Below are positions 1 to 13,652 of a stretch of DNA of 64,000 nucleotides, in pieces. The first letter of the stretch is position 1. Each line of letters opens with the position of its first letter. Source of the stretch: Felis catus (Eukaryota); the NCBI RefSeq assembly GCF_018350175.1, contig NC_058382.1:50346001-50410000 (forward strand), in the 5' to 3' direction. The position numbers and the translations under genes are program-made. Under the pieces are notes generated by a model, which did no database searches, was not told where the DNA came from, and worked only from the letters and a program-made list of their open reading frames with translations.

Positions 1-809
1 ATTATGTGCTAAATATACACATTTATTAGTAATTTTGCCTCATAAAGATTTTATAAAAACTATTCATTGCCAAAGGGAAAGCATTTTGAAACCAGAAACA
101 CTTTGAGAAGGATGTTCCTCCTTCTGCCCTATTTTGTAAAGACTTTTCCCCCTTTATGTTTTCCATTAATATTCTGTATTATGGTATACAAACATTAGTG
201 TGGATCAGAATTTCTAAGTTAACATACATTTTAAAGCCATTAGAAAAAGCACAGACTGTGGTTGCTCTTTTTATGAGAATGGGGATTGAAGGCAGCTGTT
301 TCAAAAGCACTAATGTACTTCAAACAATGATGTAATATCTAACGTACATAACCTTTTTAAGCCTGGTAATATAGAAGACATTTAGATTTACTATTAAAAT
401 ATGTCTCAGTTTTATTTCCTGCAAAAAAAAAATACAGAGAGACATGTGGAGCTTTGTTTTTCTATTTGTTATCTGAATGTCATGACCCATAAATAAAACT
501 ACGTATTACCCAGAACAGGGATAAATTTGGCAATTATTATCCCAGTCTAACAAAAGTATAAGAAGCCATTTAGGATCATTTAGGATCATAAACAGTGTCC
601 CTGTAGACTAACCAAAAGACTCTTTAGACTTAAGTGGGGACAAATTAAACTGTTGGGTTGGCTCTCAAAGAGTCATCCCTTCTATAAATATTAACTGAGC
701 ATCTAATTATTTCCAAAGATGTCTGTGGGAAACAAGTAGACAAAACCATAGTCTGTCATCCTGGAGCTTCCTGTATGGAAGGAAAGGCTTTAATCAGGTC
801 AATACAAGA

Positions 810-1267
810 TGTATTAGTTTCTTATTTCTGCTGTAACAAATCACCACTAACACAAATTTCTTATCTAAAAGTTCTGGAATTCACAAATATAAAATGGGTT
901 GACAGGCTCTGTTCCTTCCAGAGGCTCTAGAGGAAAATCTGTTTCCTTGCTGTTTTTGGCTCTAAAGTTCCCTCACATTTCCTGGCTCATAGCCTTCCAT
1001 CTTCAAAGTCAGCTGCATAGATAGCAACTTCAAATCTTTCTGTCTCTGCTTTTGTCTTCACCTATTATTCTCTGATTATGACTATTTTGTCTCGCTCCTG
1101 TAATGGCCCTTGTGGTTACATTGGGCCCACTCAGATAATGCAGGACAGTCTCCCCATCTCAGTATCCTTAACTTCATCACATCTGGAAAGTCCCTTTTGC
1201 CATGTAAGGTGATATATTCACAGTGGGTGTTTTGAGGGCGGGTGGGAGGCATATTCTGCCTAGGACA
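810..1267 (-). mobile_element. MaLR solo LTR (MLT1D/MLT1C-like)
   Basis: Starts tgtattagtttcttatttctgctgtaacaaatcacc and ends attctgcctaggaca, typical MLT1 termini; near-perfect 5-bp TSD caaga (805-809) / caagg (1268-1272). Confidence 0.85.
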
Positions 1268-3084
1268 CAAGGTAAGTTGTCTAAAATGCTAAAACAGTGA
1301 CAGAATACAATATGGAGTATTTAAAGGTGGGAGATGGATTGGAATGGGTGAGAGAAGCTAGTGTTGAAAGGGACATAAGAAGAGGTGGGTATAACAGGAA
1401 GCATTACTAACAGAGTAAATTATACCACACAAAACAAGAAGGCAAAAGATTCAGATTATGTCTCTGATGTATATGTTCATGCAGATGTTGAGCAAGAGAG
1501 AGTCCTTTAGGAATGTAATATTAGCAGTAACGTAGAATTATGTGATGTGTGCTCATCTTGGGGGGATATTGGAAATGCCAGACAATTAACTGGTTAAGGG
1601 AATACATTTTTGAATTTTAATTCTTATTCATATATTCATTTTAATTTCAAATTGTTTGATTTCTGAGATACAAAAAGTTAAGTGTAGCAGAACATGAATA
1701 ACATTATAAGTATTTAATATACATAGGTTTACAGTGCATGTATTTTTTTTTTTTTTTACTTCAGCTCACTTCTAATGGCTCGAACCCAACAATATCAACA
1801 ATAGCAATAGTGATACTCTGCCCTTACGGCATTAGAGATTACTGGTTCAAGGCATACCTCAGACTGGGGAGAAATGGGAGTCAGGTTCAGCCAGAACTTC
1901 AATAGCAGAAGAGTGGGAAGTTAAATATTGTATTATATCTACTACTACTTTGTGAGTCACTGTGTGTGATTTCTTTGTATTATAAGTCTGGGGAATATGG
2001 ATCCTGAGATAACTTCAAAATTTTAGACCTTAGTGACTGGGGGTATAACCTGAATTAAGGCATAGAATATAGAATACAAAGAAATCAAGGGAGAAAATAA
2101 TCATAAATAAAGGATCTCAAAGAATAAATGTGCCGTACATTCTCCTTAATCTCCTAACCATTGAGTTTTGGTGGATAAATGGATAATTCAGCTGTGTTAC
2201 TGTGTCCTAAGTTGCTTTAATCAAAAGGTGGAGATGGTTAAAGAATGGTTCTTCTAGGCCAAGGTGCACTTCCCATTATTTTGGCATTTAATTAATCCAT
2301 GGCTGGTGATTATAAAACAGAGTTTCTTTACTGTAAGATGTGGATTACACTATTTCCCATCTCTTTGTTTTTAGAAACCAATGAATTAGTAACTGTGTGT
2401 TACATTTAGTTAGTACTCAGATGTTAGCCATTGTAAAAGAATACCCTTCAAAAATGTTTAAAAATCACTGTCATACAAATATATAGTAAGCACATGGAAG
2501 TGTTTATTTATTCCATTAATGAGGGAAAAAAGAAAAATGTTTACCTGGTTGAAACAAATTCAAATGATAGTGTATATACAAACACAGAAACAAAGAATGT
2601 TGGCATAAGATAAGTAAATAATAGTGCCAAACTGGTTAATGCCCTGCAAGACTATATAATCTTAAGTTTTGGAGCTGTCTTTTCTACTAGACAGAAAACA
2701 TTGGCAGGTTTAACAGACAAGATCTATGAATTAACCTAAAACTTCCTAGAGTCTGGATTCTAATAAGTAATAAATGCAAAGTAAAATAAAGGCACATTCC
2801 CCTTTAGAATGAATAGTCATTATTTTGTGGAGACCCATTTGACAGTGTTCTGGTATTTATTGTCATTTTATTGTTAATGACACAGAGCCATCCTTTTGCC
2901 TCATTTCCAAGTTTTAAATAATAATACTGTTAAGTTCATTATGCAGTGAGAAAATTGAGCTTTAGAAAAGATGTAATTTATCTTAGGTAAAAAATTATAA
3001 ATGAAATGGAGGAACCAGGATTTCAATGTAGTAGTTTGGATCTAAATAATTATTAATAACAGTGGCTACTATGTAGTGAGTCTT

Positions 3085-3278
3085 TTTAATTTTTTTTGAG
3101 AGAGACAGACAGAGAGACAGAAAGAATATGAGCTGGGGCGTGGCAGAGAGAGAAGGGGACAGAGGATCCAAAGAAGACTGTTCTGACAGCAGAGATGTGG
3201 GGCTCAGACTCACCAGCTGTGAGTTGATGACCTAACCCAAAGCCAGATGCCCAACTGACTGAGCCCACCCAAGCTCCC
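3085..3278 (-). mobile_element. Can-SINE (older SINEC), inserted in MIR-like sequence
   Basis: T-tail, (GA)n tract, tRNA-derived head ending gagcccacccaagctccc; TSD tatgtagtgagtctt / tatgtagagtctt. Confidence 0.85.
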
Positions 3279-4410
3279 GTTTATGTAGAGTCTTAACAAC
3301 ATACTGCAGACCCAGTGAAATGTCTTACACATATTAACTCATTTAATTCCCGCCATTAACATTAAGTAGGTTCTGGTTGTATCCCCATGGACTAAGAGAA
3401 TACTACTGGTTGCCAGCTCTATGTGTTAATTGGAGAGAGAAAAAAACTAAGCCATGGAAGCCCATATTGCACTGAGAATTGTCAGTCTTCATCCAGCTGT
3501 ATTGAGCAGAAGGTAGATGTGATGTTCACTGCGCTAATTGAATTTGCCAGGTCCTGCAAATCACCATGATGAAGAGATTAAAGAGAATATATGGATTATT
3601 TGTTTTTTGAGAGTCTTAATTTAGTGATCCATGCATTCTCCCTTGATTGCCTTCCTTTTTTTGAACTTTATTTATTGATTCATATCATATTATTTTGATT
3701 CATGTCTAAGCTTTGAAATCATCTCAGGGTCCCCATCTTCTCCACCTATTTAATTATATATACGTATTGACCATATCTTACAGTTCTCCTTCTTCAAAGT
3801 AATAAAAGCGTGAGATTAATAGCAGCATTTCTCTAACTCAGCCTGATTCCATTTATTCCTTTCCAGGCCATGCTCTATGTCAGTTATCTCTAATCTCATC
3901 CAAGACAGAGATAGGGCTGTTATTGGTACGGGTGATATTAGTATTTTTAGTATCAGGTTTGAGGTATACATACAAATTTATAACTGACGCACATGTTCTA
4001 CTGTCCTGAAATATGGTGCACATTATAAAATAATAACACTTTTGAAATGACAGGTATGAAGTAAGAATAAATCAACCCTAGTTGATTTTCTTTCTTCCTA
4101 TTTGTCTCTTTCCAGATGTGCACATTTCCGTTAGGACATCATAACTCGAAAGTGCTGCCAAGTTATCTTTCCTAAAGGAGTATCTGATGGTTCAGCCCTC
4201 CTGCTCAACATCTTGAAACATTCCTCAAGACTCAAAGTCTCTTGAACCTGATGTTTCTTTGTTACGGTATGGTTCTGTTTGGAAAGGCCTTTTTCTTGCC
4301 CATCTTTCTCCATAGCCATCTCTCTACATTGATTAAACAGTACCATGTTAACATGTGTTTCTTGATGGTCCTTTCCCATTCTCTGTTATAATGATCTTTT
4401 CCCTATTTCT

Positions 4411-4681
4411 TTTTTTTTTCCATTTTTTAACCATTTTTTTCCATTTTATTTTTATTTTTTTATTTTTTTAAATTTTTTTTCAACGTTTATTTATTTTTGG
4501 GACAGAGAGACAGAGCATGAACGGGGGAGGGGCAGAGAGAGAGGGAGACACAGAATCGGAAACAGGCTCCAGGCTCTGAGCCATCAGCCCAGAGCCTGAC
4601 GCGGGGCTCGAACTCACGGACCGCGAGATCGTGACCTGGCTGAAGTCGGACGCTTAACCGACTGCGCCACCCAGGCGCCCC
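4411..4681 (-). mobile_element. Young felid SINE (SINEC_Fc type) with long patterned T-tail
   Basis: Near-consensus with intact CpGs: caacgtttatttatttttgggacagag ... actgcgccacccaggcgcccc. Confidence 0.95.
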
Positions 4682-4873
4682 AAATTTTTGAGAGACAGAG
4701 ACAGAGCACTTGTGGGGGAGGGACAGAGAGAGAGGGAGACACAGAATCCGCAGCAGGCTCCAGGCTCCGAGCTGTCAGCACACAGCCCGACATGGGGCTC
4801 AAACCCATGAACCATGAGTTCATGTCCTGAGCCGAAGTTGGATGCTTAACCGACTGAGCCACCCAGACGCCCC
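4682..4873 (-). mobile_element. Felid SINE (SINEC_Fc2-like), host of the adjacent younger SINE
   Basis: Full SINE body; perfect TSD ttccctatttct at 4399-4410 and 4874-4885 brackets both SINEs. Confidence 0.9.
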
Positions 4874-7800
4874 TTCCCTATTTCTGTATTAAGCACTACC
4901 ATTGTTACAACAGCATGGCCGTGGACACTTTGGTGCCACTGTCACAGTCTTTATTTCACCAAGAGAAACTGTAAGAAGACAGACTGTGGCTACATCTTTG
5001 TTTTCTTAGCAGAACTTGCAAACAGTAGATACTCAATAATGGGATGTCAAATAAATACCTTCTTTTAAGACCAAAAGAGTCAGACTTGAATTAGTTACTA
5101 CTTGATCAAGTATTTTAATATTTACTTCTGACTGAATCCCAGAAATCACCTTTTGGGTTTATTTCATGATCCTGATCGGTTGTCGGATTTTTGCTCGATT
5201 CACATGGTGGCTTGCAGACAGATTCATACAATTGCTAGCGGATGGGTTTCTATAAATGGGTCAAGATATTATCGGAGGAAAAGTTCACATAATTCTCAGT
5301 TATTCTCTTCAAGAAATAGAATTGAAACAGGGCCTCAGTTCAGACTGAATCTAAACTCTGTATTGCTGTATTTGAAAATATTGTTTGAAGGAGTTTAGTA
5401 ATTTTTAAAGAGCTTTCTTCTGTCTCCGCTTACATAACAAGAGCAACCACAACCTCTTTGCTTTTTCTAATGGTTTTAAAACTTAACTTAGACATTCTAA
5501 TACACTGTCATGTTTTCATATCATGATAAATATTTAATGTTAATGGAAAAGAGGCGTATATTTTGAACATAAGTGTGGGAGAAATCTTTAAAAAATAGAG
5601 AAAGGAGAAATTTAAGTTTCTAAAGGTATTTTATTTCTCAAAATGCTTTCCTCCTGCCAATGAATCTGCTTTTAAAAACCATTATGATACAAAATTACTA
5701 ATGAATGTGTGTTTAGTACAGGAAGAAAGAATAGGGCAAGCAGCTGCTTTTGAGAAGTAACTTTTCAGGTCTAGAAGACAGTGTCAGTTCCTTCTGTGTC
5801 TGGAGTTGATCTTCTACCTTAATTCACATGTGGGGCGCCCTAGTGTACAGAGTGTTGGTGAACATAGGGGTCATGGCGTTTGAAGGTTGCCTAATATACT
5901 GAAATGGAAGGACTTATGTGTTGTTAACATAGACCTTCCTTGGGCAATATTTTCCCAAAAGAATGGGCACACATCTAGTCTTTGAAGAATATGATATCAT
6001 GGTTCTTGCGTAACTGAAAAATGATAAGGAAGCCCAGTCTTTAACTGGTTTGTGCAATAGAGAGCATCATCAGACATCACTCAGGAGGCAAGGATCAAAA
6101 CAAACTGGAAATTTTTTGCTTACTTTATACAGTTTTACTCATTTGGGAAGAAAAAAATACAAAAACATCAGTCCATTTGAAATGAAAGTTTGAACTGGAC
6201 AGAAGTCAGACTTAGTGTCACAACCCAAGAGAAAATGAGCCCTGAGATCCTGCATCGTGTGTTTCTTGTGCCTGCATCAGAAAGGTAATGAGCATTTCTC
6301 CAGTGCCTGTGCTTTACTTAGATTTCCAATGTGAGGATATAATCATGTGAGCTTCCTCACTAGAAACGGGGCCACAGTTGCTGCGGGTACTGATACTGAA
6401 ATAAATTGGGGGTAATTACATGCATATGAGGGAGCTTCGAGGGCCTCTCTTGGTCCTTCATCTTCTTGCAGACCTGAGCATCATTATGTCAGTGTCAGCA
6501 TAAGCACCAAGGACTGATCTGTCACCTCTTCTCTATCTCTGCTCTCTGGTACCAGGAGCTGATTTCATGAGCTTCCCAGTGTGCTTGTTTTGGTCCTGAC
6601 AAATTTATAGTATGCCTTGGGATATAAATTTAATTGACTATCATTTCAGGCTTTGTCATCAGAAAGGTCACTGGAGAAAAAATACACAGGGAAATTCTGA
6701 AGTTTGAAAATTGTTAGTTAATTTGAGCTTTCCATTTTAGTGAGGTTTTATTTTTAGGTTCAATTTTACTGTGCTGTGCCAAAGGCCGTTGTAAAACTTG
6801 ATAGAGAAATAATTTCCTTTCTAAAATGATAGAACGTTTCATTGTAATTCTAATTATATTTAAGTTAGTGGTAATATTAAGGTATATTTTGAATGGAGGC
6901 TAAGAGTCCTTTTTGTTTTACTCTTTGGCAACAGTGGAATTATGAAGCTACCAAAGGTGAATGGCATTTGGGGTTATGTACTGATCACTGACAATGCTTT
7001 GGATGCTAAATTCTCTGCCCTGGCTGATGTGAAAAATGTTTAAATATATGCACTTTAGGGACTACTTGAATTTCAGATTATGGGAAAGAAAGATGCATCA
7101 TTGGAAATGTGGTTTTCTTGGACCCCCGATTTATTTTTATTTACATATTAAGGTATTTCTATTTAGTCTCTGGGTGGCATTTTCCTTCTAATCATTTCCT
7201 AAAATTTACGCAGAATTGTTGTCTGTATTCTTCCTCATTTCTGCTATAATTGTTTTACTTATAGTGTTTAATAATTCTTCTTTTTATGGGTAACTAAATA
7301 GAAGTAGAAGTAAATATTAATTTATCGTCTCCAAAGAAAAGTCAGCATAACAGCCTCAACTTATATCTCTTCATTCACATGTTCATTGTTTCTGTTTTTC
7401 AATAAATACTGAGTGCTTCTTGCATATGTATTTTGCTGGGTGCAGGGAAGAATTAAAATAAGGTATGTGGCTCATACCAGCTTTTAAAGAATGCCTGAAG
7501 AATGTACAATCTAGGATGTGGTGACACATCAAATAATAAGAACAGCAACAACAAAGAGGCTAATAGTTTTTTTCTTAAAAAGGACATGATGAGCTATTGA
7601 AAAAGACTTTTCTAAAGACTATTGGAAAATGTTCGTAAAAAACAAGAAACTGTTGTAAGAATTGAAGAATGAGAAGAATTTGGATAACTCACCAGTCACA
7701 GAAGGAAATACAGGAAATGAGATCAGCAAAAGTCAAGGCAGAATTAGGAATAGGGTGGGCAACAGAGAAGTAGGAGCAAAGAAGAGGGTTTGTGTGGAAA

Positions 7801-8357
7801 GAAAGAGAAGTTATCGAAATGGAAAAGATGGTTGGAACTGAGTTTTTAAGGCTTTGATTTCCTCTGTGGAAGACCGTAGTCCTGAAGGATGATGGCGCAG
7901 GACACTTCAATTTCCTCTTGTAATAAGACCAACAAAACCCTTGGTAATTTTGCAGCACAGTAATGACCACGTGATAAGTTTTGAGAAAGTACATGATGTT
8001 TTCTTACATAGATTATTCCACCCTGAAACTAATTGGGAGTGGGGAGCCTAGTATGCTCGGGCATACTTAGCTATCAATGCTTTGATCATTTTTTAAACAC
8101 TACTAATTGTTGCCTCAATTACAGATATGATAAAGCAGGAATGGGTTATACTACACCTAATTGTTCTCCCCTCTCTTTTATATTATTCTCATTTTAAGAC
8201 AGTGATTTTTAAAACTTAATTTTTAATTATAAAAATGAGTCATTTTATATTTCTCACATTCAAAAATGAAAAACATTATGCTGGCATGTTCTCTTTTCCT
8301 TTTCCATATCTTAAAAAAGCTAAACCTAATGCTTGCTTTAAAAAATGCAGCAAAGTT

Positions 8358-8575
8358 GGGGCACCTGGGTGGCTCAGTCAGTTAAGCATCCGACTTCAGC
8401 TCAGGTCATGATCTCGCGGTTCGTGGGTTTGAGCCCCATGTCACACTTTGTGCTGACAGCATGAAGCCTGGAACCTGATTCAGATTCTGTGTCTCCCTCT
8501 CTCTCTGTCCCTTCCTCGCTTGCACTCTGTCTCTGTCTCTCTCTCTCAAAAGTAAACATTAAAAAATGTTTTTTT
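8358..8575 (+). mobile_element. Felid SINE (SINEC_Fc2-like)
   Basis: ggggcacctgggtggctcagtc head, (CT)n, A-tail; TSD aaatgcagcaaa(g/a)tt at 8343-8357 and 8576-8590. Confidence 0.95.
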
Positions 8576-9968
8576 AAATGCAGCAAAATTGATATTGATG
8601 GGCCCTGGATTTCTTCCGGCTTTTTTTCCCCTCCTGCTGGCTGTCCTAAATGATTGTATCATCAGGCAGATATTAGAGCTATATAAACACATGCATTTTG
8701 CTTACAGTCTTCTAAGTCAGGTCTCATCTGCTAATGGGTGACCCAATTCTCTGATGTATTTAAATCCATCTGGTGCTTTCCATGTTTCTCTGATATATTT
8801 ACTCACTGCTATAATTTAGGTGTCAGCAACATGTTTCTCTGTCTTGAATTATCCACTTTTGTCATTCAGATTATTAGTCTGTTCATTAAATGAGCTTCAT
8901 TTGCATACGACAATGCCTTTGTTACTACTTTTGAATCTCTTTAGGAATTTTGAGATATATTTCTAGACTGTGGATTATGACCCAAATTACAGTTCATCTA
9001 TCCCCACTAAAGAGACATACCATTGCTTCATATTTCTGCTAGCAAGTACGTGCACATCAAGATTACTTATAAATCACCCAGAGGAATAAATGCAAAGCCA
9101 ATGGTGAGAGATTAATTAAGTAGGATGTTACTAATGTCCTTCAAGAGAATAATTAATTTATGTGTAAATATAGAGATATAAACCAAACTTAAGAAAATAA
9201 GAAAGAATCATCCATTAAGGGAGTGAAAATGACAAATGAAGCCCACTCATTCTAACGATTGGCCGTTATATAGAGCATGAAATAGGGGGAAACATGGAAT
9301 ACGAAGTAGGATCCAGTGAACAGTTAGTTGACTTTTCAAAAAAGAGGGATCTGTACGTCTACAAAAGTGAGGGAAAGGACTGATAAAGGATATGCTAAGC
9401 ATGTAGAGAGAAATATAATTATGGGGAAAGTCCATGGAATGATGGAAGGTGATATGGGTCAGTGGTGTAAGTGGAAAGGAGTTATGAGATGGTGGAGGTT
9501 GATTGAGAGGGAGATATGGTCTTAGTGTATGGCTCTGCCTTTTAAAGTAAATATGCAGCCCTCTTGGCATTGTTTATCTTGAATGACTGAAACTCTGTAC
9601 CCATTGAACAGCAACTTCTCGTATCCCCTTTCCTCCAGCCCCTGGCAACCACCATTCTACTTTCTATGAATTTGACTTAGATGACCTATGTCATATAAGT
9701 AGAATCATGAAGTATCTGACCCCTGTGATTGGCTGATTTCACTTGGCATAATGTCCTTTAGGTTAATGCATAATGTACCATATAACAGGATTTTCTTCTT
9801 TTCTGTGCTTATATAATATTCTATTGTGTGTATATACCACATTTTCTTTACCCATTGATCTGTTGATGTTTTCATTGTTTCAGCTGCTTAGCTGTGGTAA
9901 ATAATACTGCAATGAACATGGGAGTGCAAATACATCTTAAAGATCCTGATTTCAACTCTTTGGGATAA

Positions 9969-10650
9969 TGTTAAGCAAGTGACATCTGTTGCTTTTATTA
10001 GGAGGAGAAGTCTGAGCACTTTTGACCTCTGCATCTTGGCATTGGAGTCACCAACAAGAATGCAATGGCAGTTGAGCACTGGGTGAAATAGCACTATTCG
10101 TTTAGAGAAGAGGCAAAACAAGATCAGTTTCAATAGTGGATGTCAGTTTGCAGTGGCTGTTAGGTCCCTTCTGGCTTCTGATGCAGGTTGATTAGCCTGT
10201 GCTACAGCAGAATGACTCTGTGTCCCCTTCCAGGGTACAGATATAGGCATGGGGTTGACCAGGTGCCAGATGATGCTTAAACAGAACAAAGGAGCACACA
10301 CAGAGTCTAAAACAGGGAAAGGTTTTCTCACATAAGGTACAAGTCCAGCATAGATTGTCAGGACTCTTTGTCTTGGCAAGGAAATGTTCTAGGCCTACAC
10401 CCATTTTTTTTTTTTTTTTTTTTTTTTAAGAGAGAGAGAGGGAGAGAGAGAATCCCAAGCAGGCTCCACACTATCAGTGCAGAACCTGATGCAGGGTTTG
10501 AACTCACGAGCAATGAGATCATGACCTGAGCCAAAATCAAGAGTCTGATGCTTAACTGACTGAGCCACCCAGACCCCCCAGGCCTAAGCCATTCTTACGT
10601 GGTGGAGTGGAAGTGAAAAGACTGCATGCATGAGACTAACTTTGCTGACA
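9969..10650 (-). mobile_element. Solo ERV LTR (ERVL; MER70-like, tentative) inside the L1
   Basis: TG...CA termini (tgttaagcaa ... tttgctgaca); L1 sequence ggata|tacccag resumes across it; degenerate 5-bp TSD gataa/gatgg. Confidence 0.7.
10406..10579 (-). mobile_element. Can-SINE inside the LTR
   Basis: Long T-tail, GA tract, SINE head; TSD aggcctacacccatt / aggcctaagccatt. Confidence 0.9.
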
Positions 10651-10938
10651 GATGGATACCCAGAATTGGGATTTCTAGATCATATTGTAGTTCTATTTTT
10701 AATTTTTTGAGGAAGCTCCATGGTGTTTTTTATAGTACTTGCACCATTTACATTCTCACCAAACTGTGCACAAGGATTCCAATTTCTTCACATCTTCACT
10801 AACACTTGTTTGTTTTTCTGATAATACTCATTCTAAGAGGTATGAGGTGACACCTCATTGTGCTTTTGATTTGCATTTTTTAGGATTATTTGTTTTGTTT
10901 GTGTTGTGTTATTGAGCGGTAGGAGTTCCGTATATATT

Positions 10939-11154
10939 AAAAAAATTTTATGTATATTTTTGAGAGAAAGCACGCGAGAGAGCAAGCACATGAGTGGGGA
11001 GGGACAGAGAGAGACGAAGACACAGAATCTGAAGCAGGTTCCAGGCTCTGAGCTGTCAGCATAGAGCCCGACATGGGTTTCAAAATCATGAGCCATGAGT
11101 TGATGACCTGAGCTGAAGTCAGATGTTTAAGTAACTGAGCCACCCAGGCACTCC
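10939..11154 (-). mobile_element. Felid SINE inside the L1
   Basis: SINE body; TSD agttccgtatatatt (10924-10938) / agttcattatatatt (11155-11169). Confidence 0.92.
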
Positions 11155-11913
11155 AGTTCATTATATATTTTAGAAATGAATCCTTATGAGATAGATGGTT
11201 TATAAATATTTTTTCCATTCTGTAGGTTACCTTTTCATTTCATTGATCGTTTCTTTTGCTGTGCAGTTTTTTAGTTTGATGTACTCCAGCTTATCTGGTT
11301 TCAGATCTTACCTTTAAATGTTTAATGCATTTTGAGTTGATTTTTGTACATGGCATAAGAGAAGGGTCTTACCCTCTTGTGTGTTCCTGGCACCTTTGTC
11401 AAAGATCAAGACTATATACATGTGGGTTTATTCTTGGGCTCTCTATTCTGTTCCATTTGGTGTATATGTTTGCCTTTCTGCTGGTACCATACTGTTTTGA
11501 TTACTGTAGCTTTGTAATATGTTTTGAAATCAAGAAGTTGAGGTCTTCAGTTTTGTTCTTTCTCGGGATTGTTGTGACTATTTGAGGCCTTTTGTGGTTC
11601 CTTACGAATTTTAGGATTGTTTTGGTATTCCTGAAAAAAGATGCCATTGGAATTTTAAGAGGGATTGCATCAGATCTACAGATCGCTTTGGTAGAATGGA
11701 CATTTTAGGAACATGAAGTCTCCAAGTCCATGAACACGGGATGTCTCTCCATTTATGTGTGTTTTTAAAAATTTCTTTCAGCAATGTTTTGTAGTTTTTA
11801 GTGTAAGCCTTTCTCCTTAATTTTATTTCTAAGTATTTTATTTTTTATGATGCTGGGATAGTTTTATTAATTTTCTTTTCAGATTGGTCATTGTTAGTTA
11901 TAAAAACACAGTT

Positions 11914-12012
11914 GGGGGTGCCTGGCTTGCTCAGTGGGTAAAGCATACAACTCTTAATCTCAGGGTCATGAGTTCAGACCCCACCTTGGGTGTGGAACCT
12001 ACTTAAAAAAAA
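11914..12012 (+). mobile_element. Short old Can-SINE (SINEC_old-like, no CT tract)
   Basis: tRNA-like ggggtgcctggcttgctcagtgggtaaagcat...gagttcagaccccacc followed by cctacttaaaaaaaa. Confidence 0.85.
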
Positions 12013-13423
12013 GAAACCCAATTGATTTTTGTATATCTTTATACTTTTTAACTTAAAAAAATGTTTTTAGCATAGAATCAAGAGAAGAAAATAAGAAAGT
12101 TGCAAAGACCAGGTGGGGAGAGTTGGGGGAGATGAGTGATGGCAGAAAATCAGTGGAGATCTGGGCATTTAACAGGGTAATATAAGCTGCAGTGTCATGG
12201 ATAATCAGATTCACGCCTTCAACAATGAGTTCATCCATCTTCCCTGGGTACCTGCCATCCACTACGTGACAGGTAGTGTGATGTGCGTTGGAAACACAAT
12301 GGTGAAAGCCCAAGGACAGACGGTAAGACTGAATATCTGAATTTTTCAGGGATGGGAGACATTTTTAGTATAGCTGAAACATAGAGTGTTTAGGTCAAGG
12401 CAATAGAAAATTTTAAGAAGAGAGGGGTCAACACTGCCACAGTCTGAAGACATATTAGTTAAATTAAGGGAGCATGGGCTCCGTGTTAGTGATAAAGCAG
12501 GCATTTGTGGTATTGACAAAAGCAGTTCCATTGGATTTATTTTGGGCTGGCAGCTGAATTATGGAGATGTGGCAGGTAAATGAAAAGAGTTGAAATAAGT
12601 GGTGAACTGAGCCAAAATCAGATTAAGACTTAGTGCCTGTAAGCATAAAAACAATAGAGCTTACTCTCTTAGAGGGTATTCTCCATATACTTGTATTTTT
12701 CAAAATGACACCAAGTTCACATGAAGTCTGGATTTGGGACAGCCTTCTTGTACATTATCTAATTGCACAGTTCTGCATGAATACATTGTAATGGACTCCT
12801 TGGTATTTTTGTGCTTTTACTTTGTTCATGCCATGCTTGCTGCTCACCACGTGTGTGGTTGTTTAGCCCCGACGGGCTCATTTCAGGGAACTGGATTTTG
12901 AAGGAGTGGAGTTAGTTGGACTGAAAGTGAGTTGAGAAATCAGGGCTGAGGGTTTTGTGGGGAGGCAGGGTGTTTTTTTTTTTCATTGGGGGAAGGCTTA
13001 AGGATATTTAAATGTTGAAGGAATGCAGTCCATAAAAAGAAATCATTTGGGTATGCCTAAGAGATGGCAAGATTGATGAAGCAAAGTTTGCTGAAAATTT
13101 GGAAAGGGCAAAATTGGGAGAAATTAAAGTCACCAAAGCAACATACACTCCGTTGGGAGCACCCGAGGTGTCTGCCTAGATTAAGGTGTGTTTAAGGCAA
13201 ATCAACAAAACACAACAACAGAGAGTATCCAGTGATTTAACATGTACGTGTTCCTGCTTAGTTCACATACACGTTGGTTGTGTAAAGTGAAACATATGCA
13301 CGTATATTCGTTTATTTTTAGTGAAGTGCATTATATTTTGAGGAATTTGATTACAGAAATTAGTTGAGCTAGACCTTATGCAGTGTTAACTTAGAAAACT
13401 TAAAATAATAGCTAGCAATTCTT

Positions 13424-13652
13424 TTTTTTTCAAAAAAATTTTTTTTCAACGTTTATTTATTTTTTGGGGGGACAGAGAGAGACAGAGCATGAACGGGGGA
13501 GGGGCAGAGAGAGAGGGAGACACAGAATCGGAAACAGGCTCCAGGCTCTGAGCCATCAGCCCAGAGCCTGACGCGGGCTCGAACTCCCAGACCGCGAGAT
13601 CGTGACCTGGCTGAAGTCGGACGCTTAACCGACTGCGCCACCCAGGCGCCCC
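13424..13652 (-). mobile_element. Young felid SINE (SINEC_Fc)
   Basis: Near-consensus; perfect 16-bp TSD atagctagcaattctt at 13408-13423 and 13655-13670. Confidence 0.96.

Larger units (their letters stand above)
9560..12035 (-). mobile_element. Old LINE-1 3' portion (L1MA/L1MB-like), interrupted by an LTR and SINEs
   Basis: 3'UTR motif gaaactctgtacccatt...cccctggcaaccaccattctactttct and degenerate ORF2 3' sequence (atacccagaattgggatt, ccatactgttttgattactgtagctttgta). Boundaries approximate. Confidence 0.85.

Noticed and set aside
567..588. Short tandem duplication catttaggat x2 (similar ones near 19332, 37868 and 39092)
   Set aside because: Ordinary slippage duplications; no repeat-spacer array, so nothing CRISPR-like.
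1742..1905. Poly-T plus ttcag acceptor followed by about 46 open codons, as a possible exon
   Set aside because: No recognisable protein, no convincing donor before the stop, and no partner exons.
11914..12012. tRNA gene
   Set aside because: tRNA-derived SINE with A-tail and degenerate TSD inside an L1, not an intact cloverleaf.
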